The notes beneath the pieces were generated by a model. That model was not told where the DNA came from. It searched no databases and worked only from the letters and a program-made list of their open reading frames with translations. Positions 28,986 through 38,780 of a stretch of DNA of 64,000 bases are shown piece after piece. How positions within the stretch are numbered: position 1 is the first letter of the stretch; each line of letters opens with the position of its first letter. Origin of the DNA: an uncultured Chloroflexia bacterium (GTDB lineage: Bacteria > Chloroflexota > Dehalococcoidia > DSTF01 > JALHUB01). The stretch lies in contig OY969814.1 in assembly GCA_963703345.1 (NCBI GenBank), positions 2,119,998 through 2,183,997 of the forward strand, in the 5' to 3' direction. The translations under genes were made by a program, and so were the position numbers.

Positions 28986-29747
28986 ATGGAACTGGCGGGA
29001 AAGACGGCAATCGTTACCGGTTCGGCGGTAGGCGTGGGACGGGAGACGGCGCTGGCGCTGGCGAGACGCGGCGCCAATGTCGTCGTCAACTACTCGCGTT
29101 CGGAGACGGAGGCGCGGCAGACGCTCGCCGACGTCGAGGCGCTGGGGGCGGGCGCGCTGCTGGTCCGGGCCGACGTTTCGCAGGACGGCGAGGTGCACGA
29201 AAACGTGGCACAGACGGTCGAGCGTTTCGGCGGCCTCGACGTGCTGGTCAACAACGCCGGCATAACCTATTTCGTGGACTTCAAGGACCTGGAGGGCGTG
29301 ACGGAGGCGATGTGGGATCGCATTCTGGCGGTGAACGTCAAGGGCGTCTTCTTCTGCTCCCGCGCCGTCGTGCCGCAGATGCAGCGGCGGGGCGCGGGCT
29401 GCATCGTCAACATAGCGTCGGTAGCGGGGATTGCCGCAGCCGGCAGCTCGATCGCCTATTGCGCCTCGAAGGCGGCGGTCATCAACCTTACGATGGCATT
29501 CGCGAGGACGTGCGGGCCGGAGATCCGAGTGAACTGCGTCGCGCCGGGCTTCGTCGATACGCGCTGGCACGAAGCGCGGCCCGGCGATACGCAGCCGTAC
29601 CGCAACGCCGTCGCAGCGATGACGCCTCTGAAGCGGGTCTGCAAGCCGGAGGACGTGGCGCAGGCGGTGCTCAGCCTCGTCGAGGGGGCGGACATGGTGA
29701 CGGGTCAGACGCTGGTCGTGGACGGCGGCATGGTCATGCACCTGTGA
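28986..29747 (+). CDS. Short-chain dehydrogenase/reductase (FabG-like)
   Basis: RBS GAAGGAGGAG. TGSAVGVGRE, NNAG, catalytic YCASK. Confidence 0.9.
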   Translation: MELAGKTAIVTGSAVGVGRETALALARRGANVVVNYSRSETEARQTLADVEALGAGALLVRADVSQDGEVHENVAQTVERFGGLDVLVNNAGITYFVDFKDLEGVTEAMWDRILAVNVKGVFFCSRAVVPQMQRRGAGCIVNIASVAGIAAAGSSIAYCASKAAVINLTMAFARTCGPEIRVNCVAPGFVDTRWHEARPGDTQPYRNAVAAMTPLKRVCKPEDVAQAVLSLVEGADMVTGQTLVVDGGMVMHL

Positions 29748-29900
29748 CGGCGACGCCGGAACGCGTGCCCCGCCTGTGCGAGTGGTTGACAAGCGGTGGT
29801 ATACTGGCGTCGCTGGTGGTATTCCGTTAGTGGCTGCGCCCGTTCATTCCCCGTCGCCGACCCGACGGACCATCTCGCGCGCGACCTTCGGGAGGCATTC

Positions 29901-30056
29901 GTGACGAAGGGCCTGCTTGTACCATTTGCCGCCGTGATCGCGTCGAGTCGCAGCCACTGGGACGCGAAGGACATTATCATCGTCGTCGCGGCGATTGGAT
30001 TCGTTGTGCTGCTTGTCGCGGGGGCGTTCATGGTGAAGCGGCGGGGAGAAAGCTAG
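29901..30056 (+). CDS. Small single-pass membrane protein (hypothetical)
   Basis: GTG five nt after GGGAGG. 51 aa. TM IIIVVAAIGFVVLLVAGAFMV followed by KRRGES. Confidence 0.35.
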   Translation: MTKGLLVPFAAVIASSRSHWDAKDIIIVVAAIGFVVLLVAGAFMVKRRGES

Positions 30057-30266
30057 CAGCGAGCATCAATTCGGGGTGTTCGCCTCGATGCCGCCCGACA
30101 GGGCAGTCACAGGGGGAGCGAGGCGAGTTTGGCTGGAGCGGTCCGGTTTCCGGCGGCCTCACGGACGCGGCAACCAACGGACTGCTCCAGCAAGTTGTCC
30201 CGCAAATTGTCGCCATTCCTTCTCCTCCTCCAGGGTCGATCCCTCACTAGCGATCGCAGAGAGAAC

Positions 30267-30300
30267 GGCCGCTCGCCAACCCGAGCGGCCCCGTGATGGC
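30267..30300 (+). repeat. REP-like palindromic element, copy 1
   Basis: GGCCGCTCGCCAACCCGAGCGGCC + CCGTGATGGC. Confidence 0.65.
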
Positions 30301-30413
30301 TCAACAAACTCCCACTGATTCGCCCAAAGTCATTTAGGGATCGATGACGCCGCGTCGACCCGGCTGAGCGACGGTCGTTTCTGGGCACGGCGACGGTTAA
30401 GCTGCAAGCGGGA

Positions 30414-30447
30414 GGCCGCTCGGGTTGCCGAGCGGCCCGGAGATGGC
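30414..30447 (+). repeat. REP-like palindromic element, copy 2 (loop inverted)
   Basis: GGCCGCTCGGGTTGCCGAGCGGCC + CGGAGATGGC. Confidence 0.65.
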
Positions 30448-30587
30448 ACGCCAAACGCCCCAGCTCAGCAATCACCGGACATCACGCCTGTTGGTCTCCT
30501 GCCATCAAGGGGGTAGCGCGCGTAGGCCCGAATTACTGTATATTTGGTGACTAGAAAGTGTCTTTTTCGCGTCCGGAGAAGGCAGTT

Positions 30588-31370
30588 ATGTCAACAGCAA
30601 ACGGCGCCTTGCTCAGTGTCGATGCCGTCACCAAAAGCTTCGAGGGCCTGCGGGCCGTCGCCGAGTGCTCGCTCGACGTCAAGCGCGGCACCATTACCGG
30701 CCTCATCGGCCCGAACGGCGCCGGCAAGACCACGCTGTTCAACATAGTCACCGGCTTTCTCAAGCCCACGTCCGGTCGCATCGTCTTCAACAACGGCCGC
30801 ATCGACGGCCTGCCGCCGCACAAGGTGTTCGCGAGAGGCATCGTCCGCACGTTCCAAATCCCGCGCGAGCTGAAGCAGATGACCGTGGTCGAGAACCTCA
30901 TGCTGGTCCCGGCCGGCCAGGCGGGCGAAAGGCTGTGGAATCCCTGGTTGCTGCCCTTCCGCGTCCGTCGCCAGGAGCGAGAGATCCGCGACAAAGCGCT
31001 GGAGGTGCTGGAGTTCGTCAATCTGTGGCACCTGCGCAACGAATACGCCTCCAACCTGTCGTCGGGACAGAAGAAGTTGCTGGAGCTGGCGCGGACCCTC
31101 ATGTGCGACCCGCAGCTCATTCTTCTCGACGAGCCCGGCGCCGGCGTCAACCCGACGCTGATGAAGAGCCTGGCGCTGCTCATCGAACGGCTGCGCGACG
31201 AGTCGGGAATAACGTTCTTCCTCATCGAGCATGACATGGACCTCGTAGCGCGACTCTGCAATCCGGTCATCGTGATGAGCAGCGGCGAGAAGATCGCCGA
31301 GGGGACGCCGGAAGAGGTGGTGCGCGACGAGCGGGTGCTGGAAGCGTACCTGGGAGGGCAGTACCGGTGA
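30588..31370 (+). CDS. livG: Branched-chain amino acid ABC transporter ATP-binding protein (LivG-type)
   Basis: GPNGAGKTT, LSSGQKKLLELAR, ILLDEPGAG, C-terminal LEAYLG. Confidence 0.88.
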   Translation: MSTANGALLSVDAVTKSFEGLRAVAECSLDVKRGTITGLIGPNGAGKTTLFNIVTGFLKPTSGRIVFNNGRIDGLPPHKVFARGIVRTFQIPRELKQMTVVENLMLVPAGQAGERLWNPWLLPFRVRRQEREIRDKALEVLEFVNLWHLRNEYASNLSSGQKKLLELARTLMCDPQLILLDEPGAGVNPTLMKSLALLIERLRDESGITFFLIEHDMDLVARLCNPVIVMSSGEKIAEGTPEEVVRDERVLEAYLGGQYR

Positions 31371-32074
31371 GCGTCATCCTCGAGGCCGACGGCATCGTCA
31401 GCGGCTACGGCGAAGTGGACATTCTCCACGGCGTGTCGCTGCTGGTCGATGAGGGCGAGATCGTCTCCGTCATCGGGCCGAACGGCGCCGGCAAGTCAAC
31501 GCTGCTGAAGGCGTGCTTCGGCCTTCTGAAGCTGCGCAAGGGCAAGCTGCTCCTGAACGGTGAAGATGCGACCGGCCTGCCGGCCCAGAAGATGGTGCGA
31601 AAGGGCGTCTCCTACGTGCCGCAGAGCGAAAACGTCTTTCCCTCCCTGACCATCGTCGAGAACCTCCAGATGGGCGCGTTCATCGCCAAAGACGGCTACA
31701 AACGCCGGCTGGACGAGATCTACGGCTTGTTCCCGGCCCTCGCTGAAAGGCCGCACGTAAAGGCGGGCAAGCTCTCCGGCGGTCAGCGGCAGATGCTCGC
31801 CCTGGCCCGGGCCCTGATGCTCCAGCCGCGCCTTCTGCTGCTGGACGAGCCGACCGCAAGCCTCTCGCCGCGCATGGTCGGCGACATCCTGGAGAAGATC
31901 CGCGACATCAACCAGAAAGGCGTGGCGATCCTGATCGTCGAGCAGAACGCGCGGGAAGCGCTGGCTCTTTGCCATCGGGGTTACGTGCTGGTGATGGGCA
32001 AGAACGCAATGGAGGATACCGGCCAGAACCTCCTCAACAGCGAAGAGGTCGGAAGGCTCTATCTCGGTGGGTAG
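31367..32074 (+). CDS. livF: Branched-chain amino acid ABC transporter ATP-binding protein (LivF-type)
   Basis: GPNGAGKST, LSGGQRQMLALAR, LLLDEP, 4-nt overlap with livG. Confidence 0.88.
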   Translation: MSVILEADGIVSGYGEVDILHGVSLLVDEGEIVSVIGPNGAGKSTLLKACFGLLKLRKGKLLLNGEDATGLPAQKMVRKGVSYVPQSENVFPSLTIVENLQMGAFIAKDGYKRRLDEIYGLFPALAERPHVKAGKLSGGQRQMLALARALMLQPRLLLLDEPTASLSPRMVGDILEKIRDINQKGVAILIVEQNAREALALCHRGYVLVMGKNAMEDTGQNLLNSEEVGRLYLGG

Positions 32075-32083
32075 GAGCGGTAG

Positions 32084-32971
32084 ATGGCAGAGCTAGTCGT
32101 CATTGGCCTTATCGTGGGAAGCATAATCGCGCTGGGGTCGATTGGCCTGACGCTGGTGTACGGCATCCTCAAGTTCGCCAACTTCGCTCACGGCGACCTC
32201 ATGACCCTGGGCGCGTACATCGCCTTCCTGGCCTTCAGAAGCGGCGGCCACCTTGGCCCCCTCTCCTTTGGCATCGGGATGATCTGGGCGATCCTGGCGG
32301 CGATGGCGGCCGTCGCGGTGCTGTGTGTGGTCATCGACCGCCTCGTCTACCGGCCGCTGCGACGGAGAAACGCCAACCTCGTCATCCTGGCGATGGCTTC
32401 GCTGGGAATGGCGATCATCGTGCGAAGCGTGGTCTACCTTCGCTGGGGCCCCGACACGCACTTCTACGTGACGGGCATCCAGCGGGCGCACAACCTCCCT
32501 CTCGGAACCATGCTGAAGCCGGACCAGATGTTCATTGGCGTCGTTGCCGTCCTCTCCGTCGTGCTCGTATACCTGCTGCTTTATCGCACGAAGCTCGGCA
32601 GGGCGATGCGCGCGACCGCCGACAACATGGACCTGGCGCGCGTATCCGGCATCGACACCGAGCAGGTGGTGGTCTGGACATGGATGATCGGCGGATCGCT
32701 TGCCGCGCTCGCCGGCGTGCTGCTGGGCATTCAGTCGCACCTCATGCCGGAGATGGGGTTCGACTTCCTGTTGCCGCTGTTCTCCGCCGCCATTCTGGGA
32801 GGCGTGGGCAGCCCGCACGGAGCCCTTGTCGGCGCGTTCACCGTCGGCATCTCGCAGGAGCTTTCGACGGAGTGGATTTCGCCGGCCTACAAGCCGGTGA
32901 TTGCCTTCGTGCTCCTCTTCGCCATCCTGCTCGTGCGCCCGCAGGGGATTTTCGGAGCGAAGAAGCAGTGA
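32084..32971 (+). CDS. livH: Branched-chain amino acid ABC permease (LivH-type)
   Basis: Polytopic. FAHGDLMTLGAY and RATADNMDLARVSGID signature. Confidence 0.85.
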   Translation: MAELVVIGLIVGSIIALGSIGLTLVYGILKFANFAHGDLMTLGAYIAFLAFRSGGHLGPLSFGIGMIWAILAAMAAVAVLCVVIDRLVYRPLRRRNANLVILAMASLGMAIIVRSVVYLRWGPDTHFYVTGIQRAHNLPLGTMLKPDQMFIGVVAVLSVVLVYLLLYRTKLGRAMRATADNMDLARVSGIDTEQVVVWTWMIGGSLAALAGVLLGIQSHLMPEMGFDFLLPLFSAAILGGVGSPHGALVGAFTVGISQELSTEWISPAYKPVIAFVLLFAILLVRPQGIFGAKKQ

Positions 32972-34005
32972 TAACAAGTCTCTTCAGTGATCTAGTCAAT
33001 CCATCGTACATGGCCGGCTTCCTGACGCTGGTGGTGATCTACGGCGTGTTCGCTGTTGGCCTGAACGTGCACTGGGGCTACACCGGCATATTCAACTTCG
33101 GTGTGGCGGCCTTCTTTGCCGTCGGCGCCTACACAACAGCAGTCCTGACGAAGCAATCTGCCAGCGGCGCCTACCAGACCTACATCGGCGGCTATCATTT
33201 GCCGTTCGTCGTCGGTCTTCTGGGCGCGGGCTCTGTCTGTGCGATCCTGGCATTCATCGTCGGCATCCCCACATTGCGATTGCGCGAAGACTACCTCGCC
33301 ATCGCCACCATCGGGGTCGCGGAATCGCTCCGTCACGTCTTCGTCAACGAAGGGTGGCTGGTCAACGGGACACGCGGCATGATCGGCATTCCGCAGCCGC
33401 TGCACAATCTGGTCGACACGACCGACTACAGGTACGTCTACCTCACCATTGCGGCAATTGTCCTGCTCATCGTCTACGTTGCCGTGGAGCGGGGGATCCG
33501 CTCGCCGTGGGGCCGCGTCCTGCGGGCGATCCGCGAGGACGAGATGACGGCGGCGGCGAGCGGCAAGAACATCTTCGCTTTCAAGATGCAGGCGTTCATG
33601 CTGGGCGCCTTCATCATGGGCGTCGGCGGCGCCCTTTACGCGCACTACGTGCGGGCGATAACACCGGACACTTTCGTGCCGATGTTTGGGACGTTCCTTA
33701 TCTGGGTGATGCTTATCGTCGGCGGCAGCGGCAACAACAAGGGCGCCATTCTGGGAGCCCTGGTCGTCTGGCTGATCTGGGACCGTACGGGCGCGCTCGT
33801 CAGCAACTCGCAGGACCCGCGCATCTTCTATGTGCGAAACCTGCTGATCGGCGTGCTGGTCGTCGGCGTGCTGCTTCTTCGGCCCAAGGGCATCCTCGGC
33901 GAAGAGAAGCGGGTTTCGGTGTACGCGGGCAAGGAGAAGGAGAGGCCGCGGAAGGCCGAAGAGGCGTCGGAGATAGCAGCGGAGGACGCGGGCGACGGCG
34001 GCTAG
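32968..34005 (+). CDS. livM: Branched-chain amino acid ABC permease (LivM-type)
   Basis: GTGA overlap with the livH stop. GLNVHWGYTGIFNFGVAAFFAVGAY, LRLREDYLAIATIG. Confidence 0.85.
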   Translation: MITSLFSDLVNPSYMAGFLTLVVIYGVFAVGLNVHWGYTGIFNFGVAAFFAVGAYTTAVLTKQSASGAYQTYIGGYHLPFVVGLLGAGSVCAILAFIVGIPTLRLREDYLAIATIGVAESLRHVFVNEGWLVNGTRGMIGIPQPLHNLVDTTDYRYVYLTIAAIVLLIVYVAVERGIRSPWGRVLRAIREDEMTAAASGKNIFAFKMQAFMLGAFIMGVGGALYAHYVRAITPDTFVPMFGTFLIWVMLIVGGSGNNKGAILGALVVWLIWDRTGALVSNSQDPRIFYVRNLLIGVLVVGVLLLRPKGILGEEKRVSVYAGKEKERPRKAEEASEIAAEDAGDGG

Positions 34006-34274
34006 CGAAGTCCCAGGCTCGTGCTGGTCCCGGAGCGACCAGATGGACAATTCTGCGGGATGAATCCCGCAGCTTCCTCGCGTGGAACGTCGATTGATGA
34101 AGGCTGAGGGTTTCAACCCTCAGATGGTTGTTCCTCCCCACCCGTCGATCAATACGAAATGAGAAGAAGGTATCATCACTTCGACGCCGTCACCGGTGTC
34201 TCCCCGCTGGAGGATAGAACACGGCCCGAGGAGTTCTTCCCCGGGCCGTGCCTCGCTCTCTTGGAAGAGGGCTT

Positions 34275-35618
34275 CTACTGCGGCGTTGGCAGGGTAACCG
34301 CTTCCGTGCTGACGGTGACGATTTGTCCGCCGGAGTACTTCCAAATCTGGATGTAGCCGGACGGCAAGTCGCCGTTCTTGTCCCATCCGGCGAATCCGGA
34401 TGCGCCCTGGTAGTTTATCGGCTTGCCCTGGTGGATCAGGTCCAGCGCCCGCTTGATGCCGGCGGCGCCGGAGGTGACCTTCTCGCCCGCCGGGTCGTTG
34501 AGGGTGCGCATGGCGTCGCGGATCTTGATTGGGTCAGTCGACTGGGCCTTCTCGGCGCCGAGGCCGACCATAATCACCGCGTCGTAGGACTCCGCTATGT
34601 AGGGCAGGTGCGGCAGAGGGCCGTAGGCGGCTTCGAACTCGGTCTGCCAGTCCGTCGGAATAGCAGCGGCCGCTGAAACGGTGCCTTCCATGCCTTCCAG
34701 CTTGTCGGCGCCGACAGCGGTCACGATATCCTTGGACTGCGTCCCGTCGCAGAAGAGGAGGTTCTTGAGGAGGTTGTTGTCAAAGCCTTCCTTAAGGTAG
34801 ACTTCCGCGCTCTGCGGGTAGGTGAGGGCCGCGACGGCGTCAGGGTTGCCGGAGGTGGCCTTCTGGAGCTCTGCCAGGTAGGAGGCCTGCTCCTGTTCCG
34901 TCGGGACCTGGTCCGTTACCGTGCCGCCCTGCGCCTCGAAGGACTTCTTGAAGTTGTCGGAGAGGCCCTGACCGTAGGCGTTGTTGACGTAGAGGGTGGC
35001 CACTTTGTTGTAGCCCAGTTGCTTGGCCAGCTTCCCGAGGACAAGGCCCTGAGCAGCGTCGGAGAGAGTGGTCCGGAACAGGAGGTCGTTGTCCTGCACG
35101 TCGGTGAGCGCGGGCGACGTCGAGGCGGGAGAGATCTGGATGACCTTGTCGGGAACGGTCACGCCTTCCGCCACGGCCAATGTGACGCCGCTGGACAGCG
35201 AGCCGATGATGGCCGATACCCCGTCGCTCTCGACGAGTTGCCTTGCCGCGTCAACCGCCGCCGTGGGTGACGTCTGCGAATCCGCCTGGCTCAGCGCGAT
35301 GTCCTGGCCCATGACACCGCCGGCGGCGTCGATGTCCGCTGCCGCCAGCTTGGCGCCGTTCAACATGTTCGGCCCGAACTCAGAGAGGTCGCCGGTGAAG
35401 TCAAAGAGGATACCGACTTTGAGCTGCCCCTTCGCGCCGGGCGCCGTGGTGCCGGCGACCTTCGTGCCGGCAGGCGTATTTCCGGCCGGCGTGCTGGTAG
35501 CCTGTTTGTTGCTGCTGCCGCCGCAGGACATCGCGACCAGGGAGAGGATGCCGACGAGGGACAGCACCACCAACCAAAAGCGCGCTCCGTGCGCGCCCTC
35601 TTTCACGCTGTGCTTCAT
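34275..35618 (-). CDS. ABC substrate-binding lipoprotein, Leu/Ile/Val-binding family (type I PBP)
   Basis: Lipobox LVAMSCGG. LKVGILFDFTGDLSEFG. Family-typical layout. Convergent with livM. Confidence 0.85.
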   Translation of the reverse strand: MKHSVKEGAHGARFWLVVLSLVGILSLVAMSCGGSSNKQATSTPAGNTPAGTKVAGTTAPGAKGQLKVGILFDFTGDLSEFGPNMLNGAKLAAADIDAAGGVMGQDIALSQADSQTSPTAAVDAARQLVESDGVSAIIGSLSSGVTLAVAEGVTVPDKVIQISPASTSPALTDVQDNDLLFRTTLSDAAQGLVLGKLAKQLGYNKVATLYVNNAYGQGLSDNFKKSFEAQGGTVTDQVPTEQEQASYLAELQKATSGNPDAVAALTYPQSAEVYLKEGFDNNLLKNLLFCDGTQSKDIVTAVGADKLEGMEGTVSAAAAIPTDWQTEFEAAYGPLPHLPYIAESYDAVIMVGLGAEKAQSTDPIKIRDAMRTLNDPAGEKVTSGAAGIKRALDLIHQGKPINYQGASGFAGWDKNGDLPSGYIQIWKYSGGQIVTVSTEAVTLPTPQ

Positions 35619-35859
35619 GTCTGGACCTCCTTTTGTTGTTGAAGAAATCCTTCCGAATTCCCGCTGACCGCCGCTCGATCGACCCGGTGGGCGGCAACAA
35701 GTAAGCGGATTCTAAGTCCGTCGCCTGTTTCCGTCAAGGGCTAGAGGTTCGTTGTGCATTTGTCAGGCGGGGCGACCGCAACCCTAGCCGGAACTGCCGC
35801 TTCAAAGGCTCCCCGATAGCATCGGGCCGTCTGCGGGAATATAATGCCTGCCAGACAAC

Positions 35860-36630
35860 ATGAAGCTGCATGGCCTTGCTTTTGTCGCACTTTTCCCCGT
35901 ACTGGTGGCCGTCGCCGTCGTGGGGAACGACTGCCACTCTTCGGGAACGTCGCCAAAGCCGGAGGGGCGCGTCGAGCTCTTGGAGTCGATCCCGCACGCG
36001 GACACGGCGTGGACGGAAGGGCTGCTGGTGAGCGACGGGACGCTTTGGGAGAGCACGGGACTGGAGGGCAAGTCGCAGGTGCGGGCTTTGGACGAGAAGA
36101 CCGGCGGCGTGCTCTGGTCGGTCGCGAACGATAAGGGGTTCTTCGGCGAAGGGCTGGTGCGGGCTTTCGGGAAGACGTACCTGCTGACTTACACGGAGGG
36201 CGAAGCCTATCTGTTCGACCGCAACGCCGCGAATCCTTATACGCCCTTCGCGCACTACGACGGCGAGGGCTGGGGGCTCACAGCGACCGACAAGTGGCTG
36301 GTGAACTCTAACGGAAGCTCGACGCTATACTATCGCGACCCGCAGTCGTTCGCGATTGTGAAGCAGGTGTCGATAGCGTTCGAAGGCAAGCCGGTCGAGA
36401 AGCTCAACGAGCTCGAATTCGACGGGACGTACATCTGGGCGAACCAGTGGCAGACATCCTACATCTACCGCATTCGAGAGGATGATCCATCGCAGGTGGT
36501 GCGCTTCGCGCTGCCTCCGGAGATGTGCCCAGGAGGGATACCAAACGGCATCGCCTGGGACAAAGAGCAGAACGCTTTCTTCCTCACGGGGCAGTCGTGC
36601 CCGCTCATCTGGAAGGCGCGCTTCCACTAG
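35860..36630 (+). CDS. Glutaminyl-peptide cyclotransferase (beta-propeller type)
   Basis: GLLVSDGTLWESTGLEGKSQVRALDEKTG, EGWGLT, LNELEFDGTYIWANQW. Confidence 0.75.
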   Translation: MKLHGLAFVALFPVLVAVAVVGNDCHSSGTSPKPEGRVELLESIPHADTAWTEGLLVSDGTLWESTGLEGKSQVRALDEKTGGVLWSVANDKGFFGEGLVRAFGKTYLLTYTEGEAYLFDRNAANPYTPFAHYDGEGWGLTATDKWLVNSNGSSTLYYRDPQSFAIVKQVSIAFEGKPVEKLNELEFDGTYIWANQWQTSYIYRIREDDPSQVVRFALPPEMCPGGIPNGIAWDKEQNAFFLTGQSCPLIWKARFH

Positions 36631-36952
36631 GCGCGCTTGTCATCGGCGCGACGAGTCCGCCAGAAGCGGACGAGGAGCGCAACCCCGAACGCGATCATCG
36701 CGCCTCCCACTGCCGTCTCGCTCGGTCCACAGGGCGTCGACGCAACATAAGGGATCGCTTGCGGTAGCAGCGTGGGTTCCCGCGTCCGCCTGTGGCGGAC
36801 GCACCCCCGACGCGATCACCGGCGCCACTTCGATGCCGATTCGTGGCGCCTCGCTTGAAAAAGCGCGTCGGATGTGCGACAGTTGACGCAAGCGCAGGCC
36901 AGGATCGAGCGTGTCGATTAGAAGGTGAGTTCTGCAAGGGGAAGGACAGGGA

Positions 36953-38068
36953 ATGTCTTTTCTTGGGCTCATTCCTCGTAACGTCCTCACCCGCAAGGTG
37001 CGGTCCTCGCTGACCGCGCTGGCCGTCGCCATCGCCATCATGATGGTCGTGGCGATGGGCGTGCTCACCTACAGCCTCAAGCAAACGGCGATCTCAATCC
37101 TGGAGATCGGCAAGGCCGACTTCACCGTCGCCCAGAAGGGCGTCTCGGACGTTCTGAACAGCAACCTCGACGAGCAGGAGGTCGCGGCGGTCAAGTCCTA
37201 TCCGCAAGTCCAGGAGGCCGTCGGTGTGCTCGTCGCCGGCGTCAGCTTCCACGGCAACCCGTTCTTCCTCGAGCTCGGCATCCCGCCGGATGAACTGGCG
37301 CCATTCGGCGTGCAGATTCTGGAAGGACGCCCCTACAGGGCTGACGCAACCGGCGAAATAATGCTCGGCGCCCGCACCGCCGCCGACCTGCACAAGACCG
37401 TAGGCGATACCGTGACCATCGACACCATCACCTTCACCGTCGTCGGCATCTACACCGTCGGGAACGTCTTTGCCGACGACGCGACAATGGTGCCGCTGCT
37501 CTGGCTGCAGGGCCGTGAGCGCCTGGCCGGGGACGTGACGCTTCTCTTCGTCAAGACGAAGCCGGGGACGGACCTGGCCGCCCTGCAAGCGCAGATCCAG
37601 CACGACCATCCTGAGCTCGCCTGCGTGCAAACGGCGTCGCAGTTTGGGCTGGTCGACCGGAACTTGGGTCTGATCAGCGCCGCGGACGTCGGCGTCTCCG
37701 TGCTGGCGCTCTTCATGGGCGCCGTCGGCGTCATGAACACGACGCTGATGTCCGTCTTCGAACGGACGCGCGAGTTCGGCGTTTTGCGGGCCGTCGGTTG
37801 GTCGCGGGGGCGCATCGTGATCATGGTGATGGGAGAGGCGCTTCTAATCGCCCTTGCCGGCGCCTTCATCGGGACCGGCCTCGGATTCGCGGCCGTCCAG
37901 GTCATCCAGCATCTGCCGCAAGTGGTCGGCTTCTTCCACCCGCAGTATCCGGCTTCGGTGTTCGGGCAGGCGCTGGGGGTGGCTGTCGGCGTGGCATTCT
38001 TCGGCGCCATCTATCCGGCGGCTCGAGCGGCGCTGCTGGAGCCGATGGAGGCGCTGCGCCATGAGTAG
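36953..38068 (+). CDS. ABC transporter permease, FtsX/MacB-like
   Basis: N-terminal TM, large external loop, C-terminal FtsX block FGVLRAVGWSRGRI. Confidence 0.8.
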   Translation: MSFLGLIPRNVLTRKVRSSLTALAVAIAIMMVVAMGVLTYSLKQTAISILEIGKADFTVAQKGVSDVLNSNLDEQEVAAVKSYPQVQEAVGVLVAGVSFHGNPFFLELGIPPDELAPFGVQILEGRPYRADATGEIMLGARTAADLHKTVGDTVTIDTITFTVVGIYTVGNVFADDATMVPLLWLQGRERLAGDVTLLFVKTKPGTDLAALQAQIQHDHPELACVQTASQFGLVDRNLGLISAADVGVSVLALFMGAVGVMNTTLMSVFERTREFGVLRAVGWSRGRIVIMVMGEALLIALAGAFIGTGLGFAAVQVIQHLPQVVGFFHPQYPASVFGQALGVAVGVAFFGAIYPAARAALLEPMEALRHE

Positions 38069-38780
38069 TGGCAACGGCAGCCGCGAGGGGCCGGCGATCG
38101 AGGCAATCGACGTCGTCAAAATCTACGATAACCAGATGCGGGCGCTGGACGGGGTAAACCTGAAGATAGGCCGCGGCGAATTCGTCGCCCTCATGGGCCC
38201 TTCCGGCTGCGGCAAGTCGACTCTCCTCCACCTGCTGGCTGCCCTGGACATGCCGACGAGCGGCAGGATTATCGTCAACGGGCGCGACTTGAGTACCGCC
38301 GGCAACGACCGTTTTCGCCGCTGCGAGATAGGCCTCGTATTCCAGTTGCACAACCTGCTCCCGAACCTCAACTCCCTGGAAAACGTTCAGATACCTATGT
38401 TCGGCACGGGCACGAGCCACGCTGAACGGCTGGAGCGGGCCAAGCAACTCTTGGCGGAGATGGACCTATCGGACAAGGAGAAGGCGACGCCGCCACGCCT
38501 GTCCGGCGGCGAACGCCAGCGGCTGGCAATCGCGCGGGCGCTGGCGAACAACCCGTCGATCGTCCTCGCCGACGAGCCCACCGGCAACCTCGACTCCGCT
38601 GCCGTCGACCGCTTATTGGCGCTGTTCCGCAGCATTCGCGACGAGCACGGCGTCACCATACTCCTGGCGACCCACGACACTCACGTGGCCGGCTCGGCGG
38701 ACCGCATCGTGTACATGCGCGACGGGCGGATTGTGGAGAGCCCGCAACCGGAGGGAGAGCGCGCTTCGACGGGGAGGTGA
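38061..38780 (+). CDS. ABC transporter ATP-binding protein (MacB/LolD-like)
   Basis: ATG overlaps the permease stop. GPSGCGKSTLLH, LSGGERQRLAIARAL, VLADEPTGNLD. Confidence 0.9.
   Translation: MSSGNGSREGPAIEAIDVVKIYDNQMRALDGVNLKIGRGEFVALMGPSGCGKSTLLHLLAALDMPTSGRIIVNGRDLSTAGNDRFRRCEIGLVFQLHNLLPNLNSLENVQIPMFGTGTSHAERLERAKQLLAEMDLSDKEKATPPRLSGGERQRLAIARALANNPSIVLADEPTGNLDSAAVDRLLALFRSIRDEHGVTILLATHDTHVAGSADRIVYMRDGRIVESPQPEGERASTGR

Noticed and set aside
31969-32967. 5' extensions of several ORFs in the supplied track (31969-34005, 28257-29747, 40448-41878, 37854-38780, 23059-24279, 10848-11702, 52066, 56959-57666)
   Set aside because: The extensions overlap well-supported neighbouring genes and are Arg/Pro/Gly-rich GC artefacts. 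Internal starts have good SD sequences and match family N-termini.
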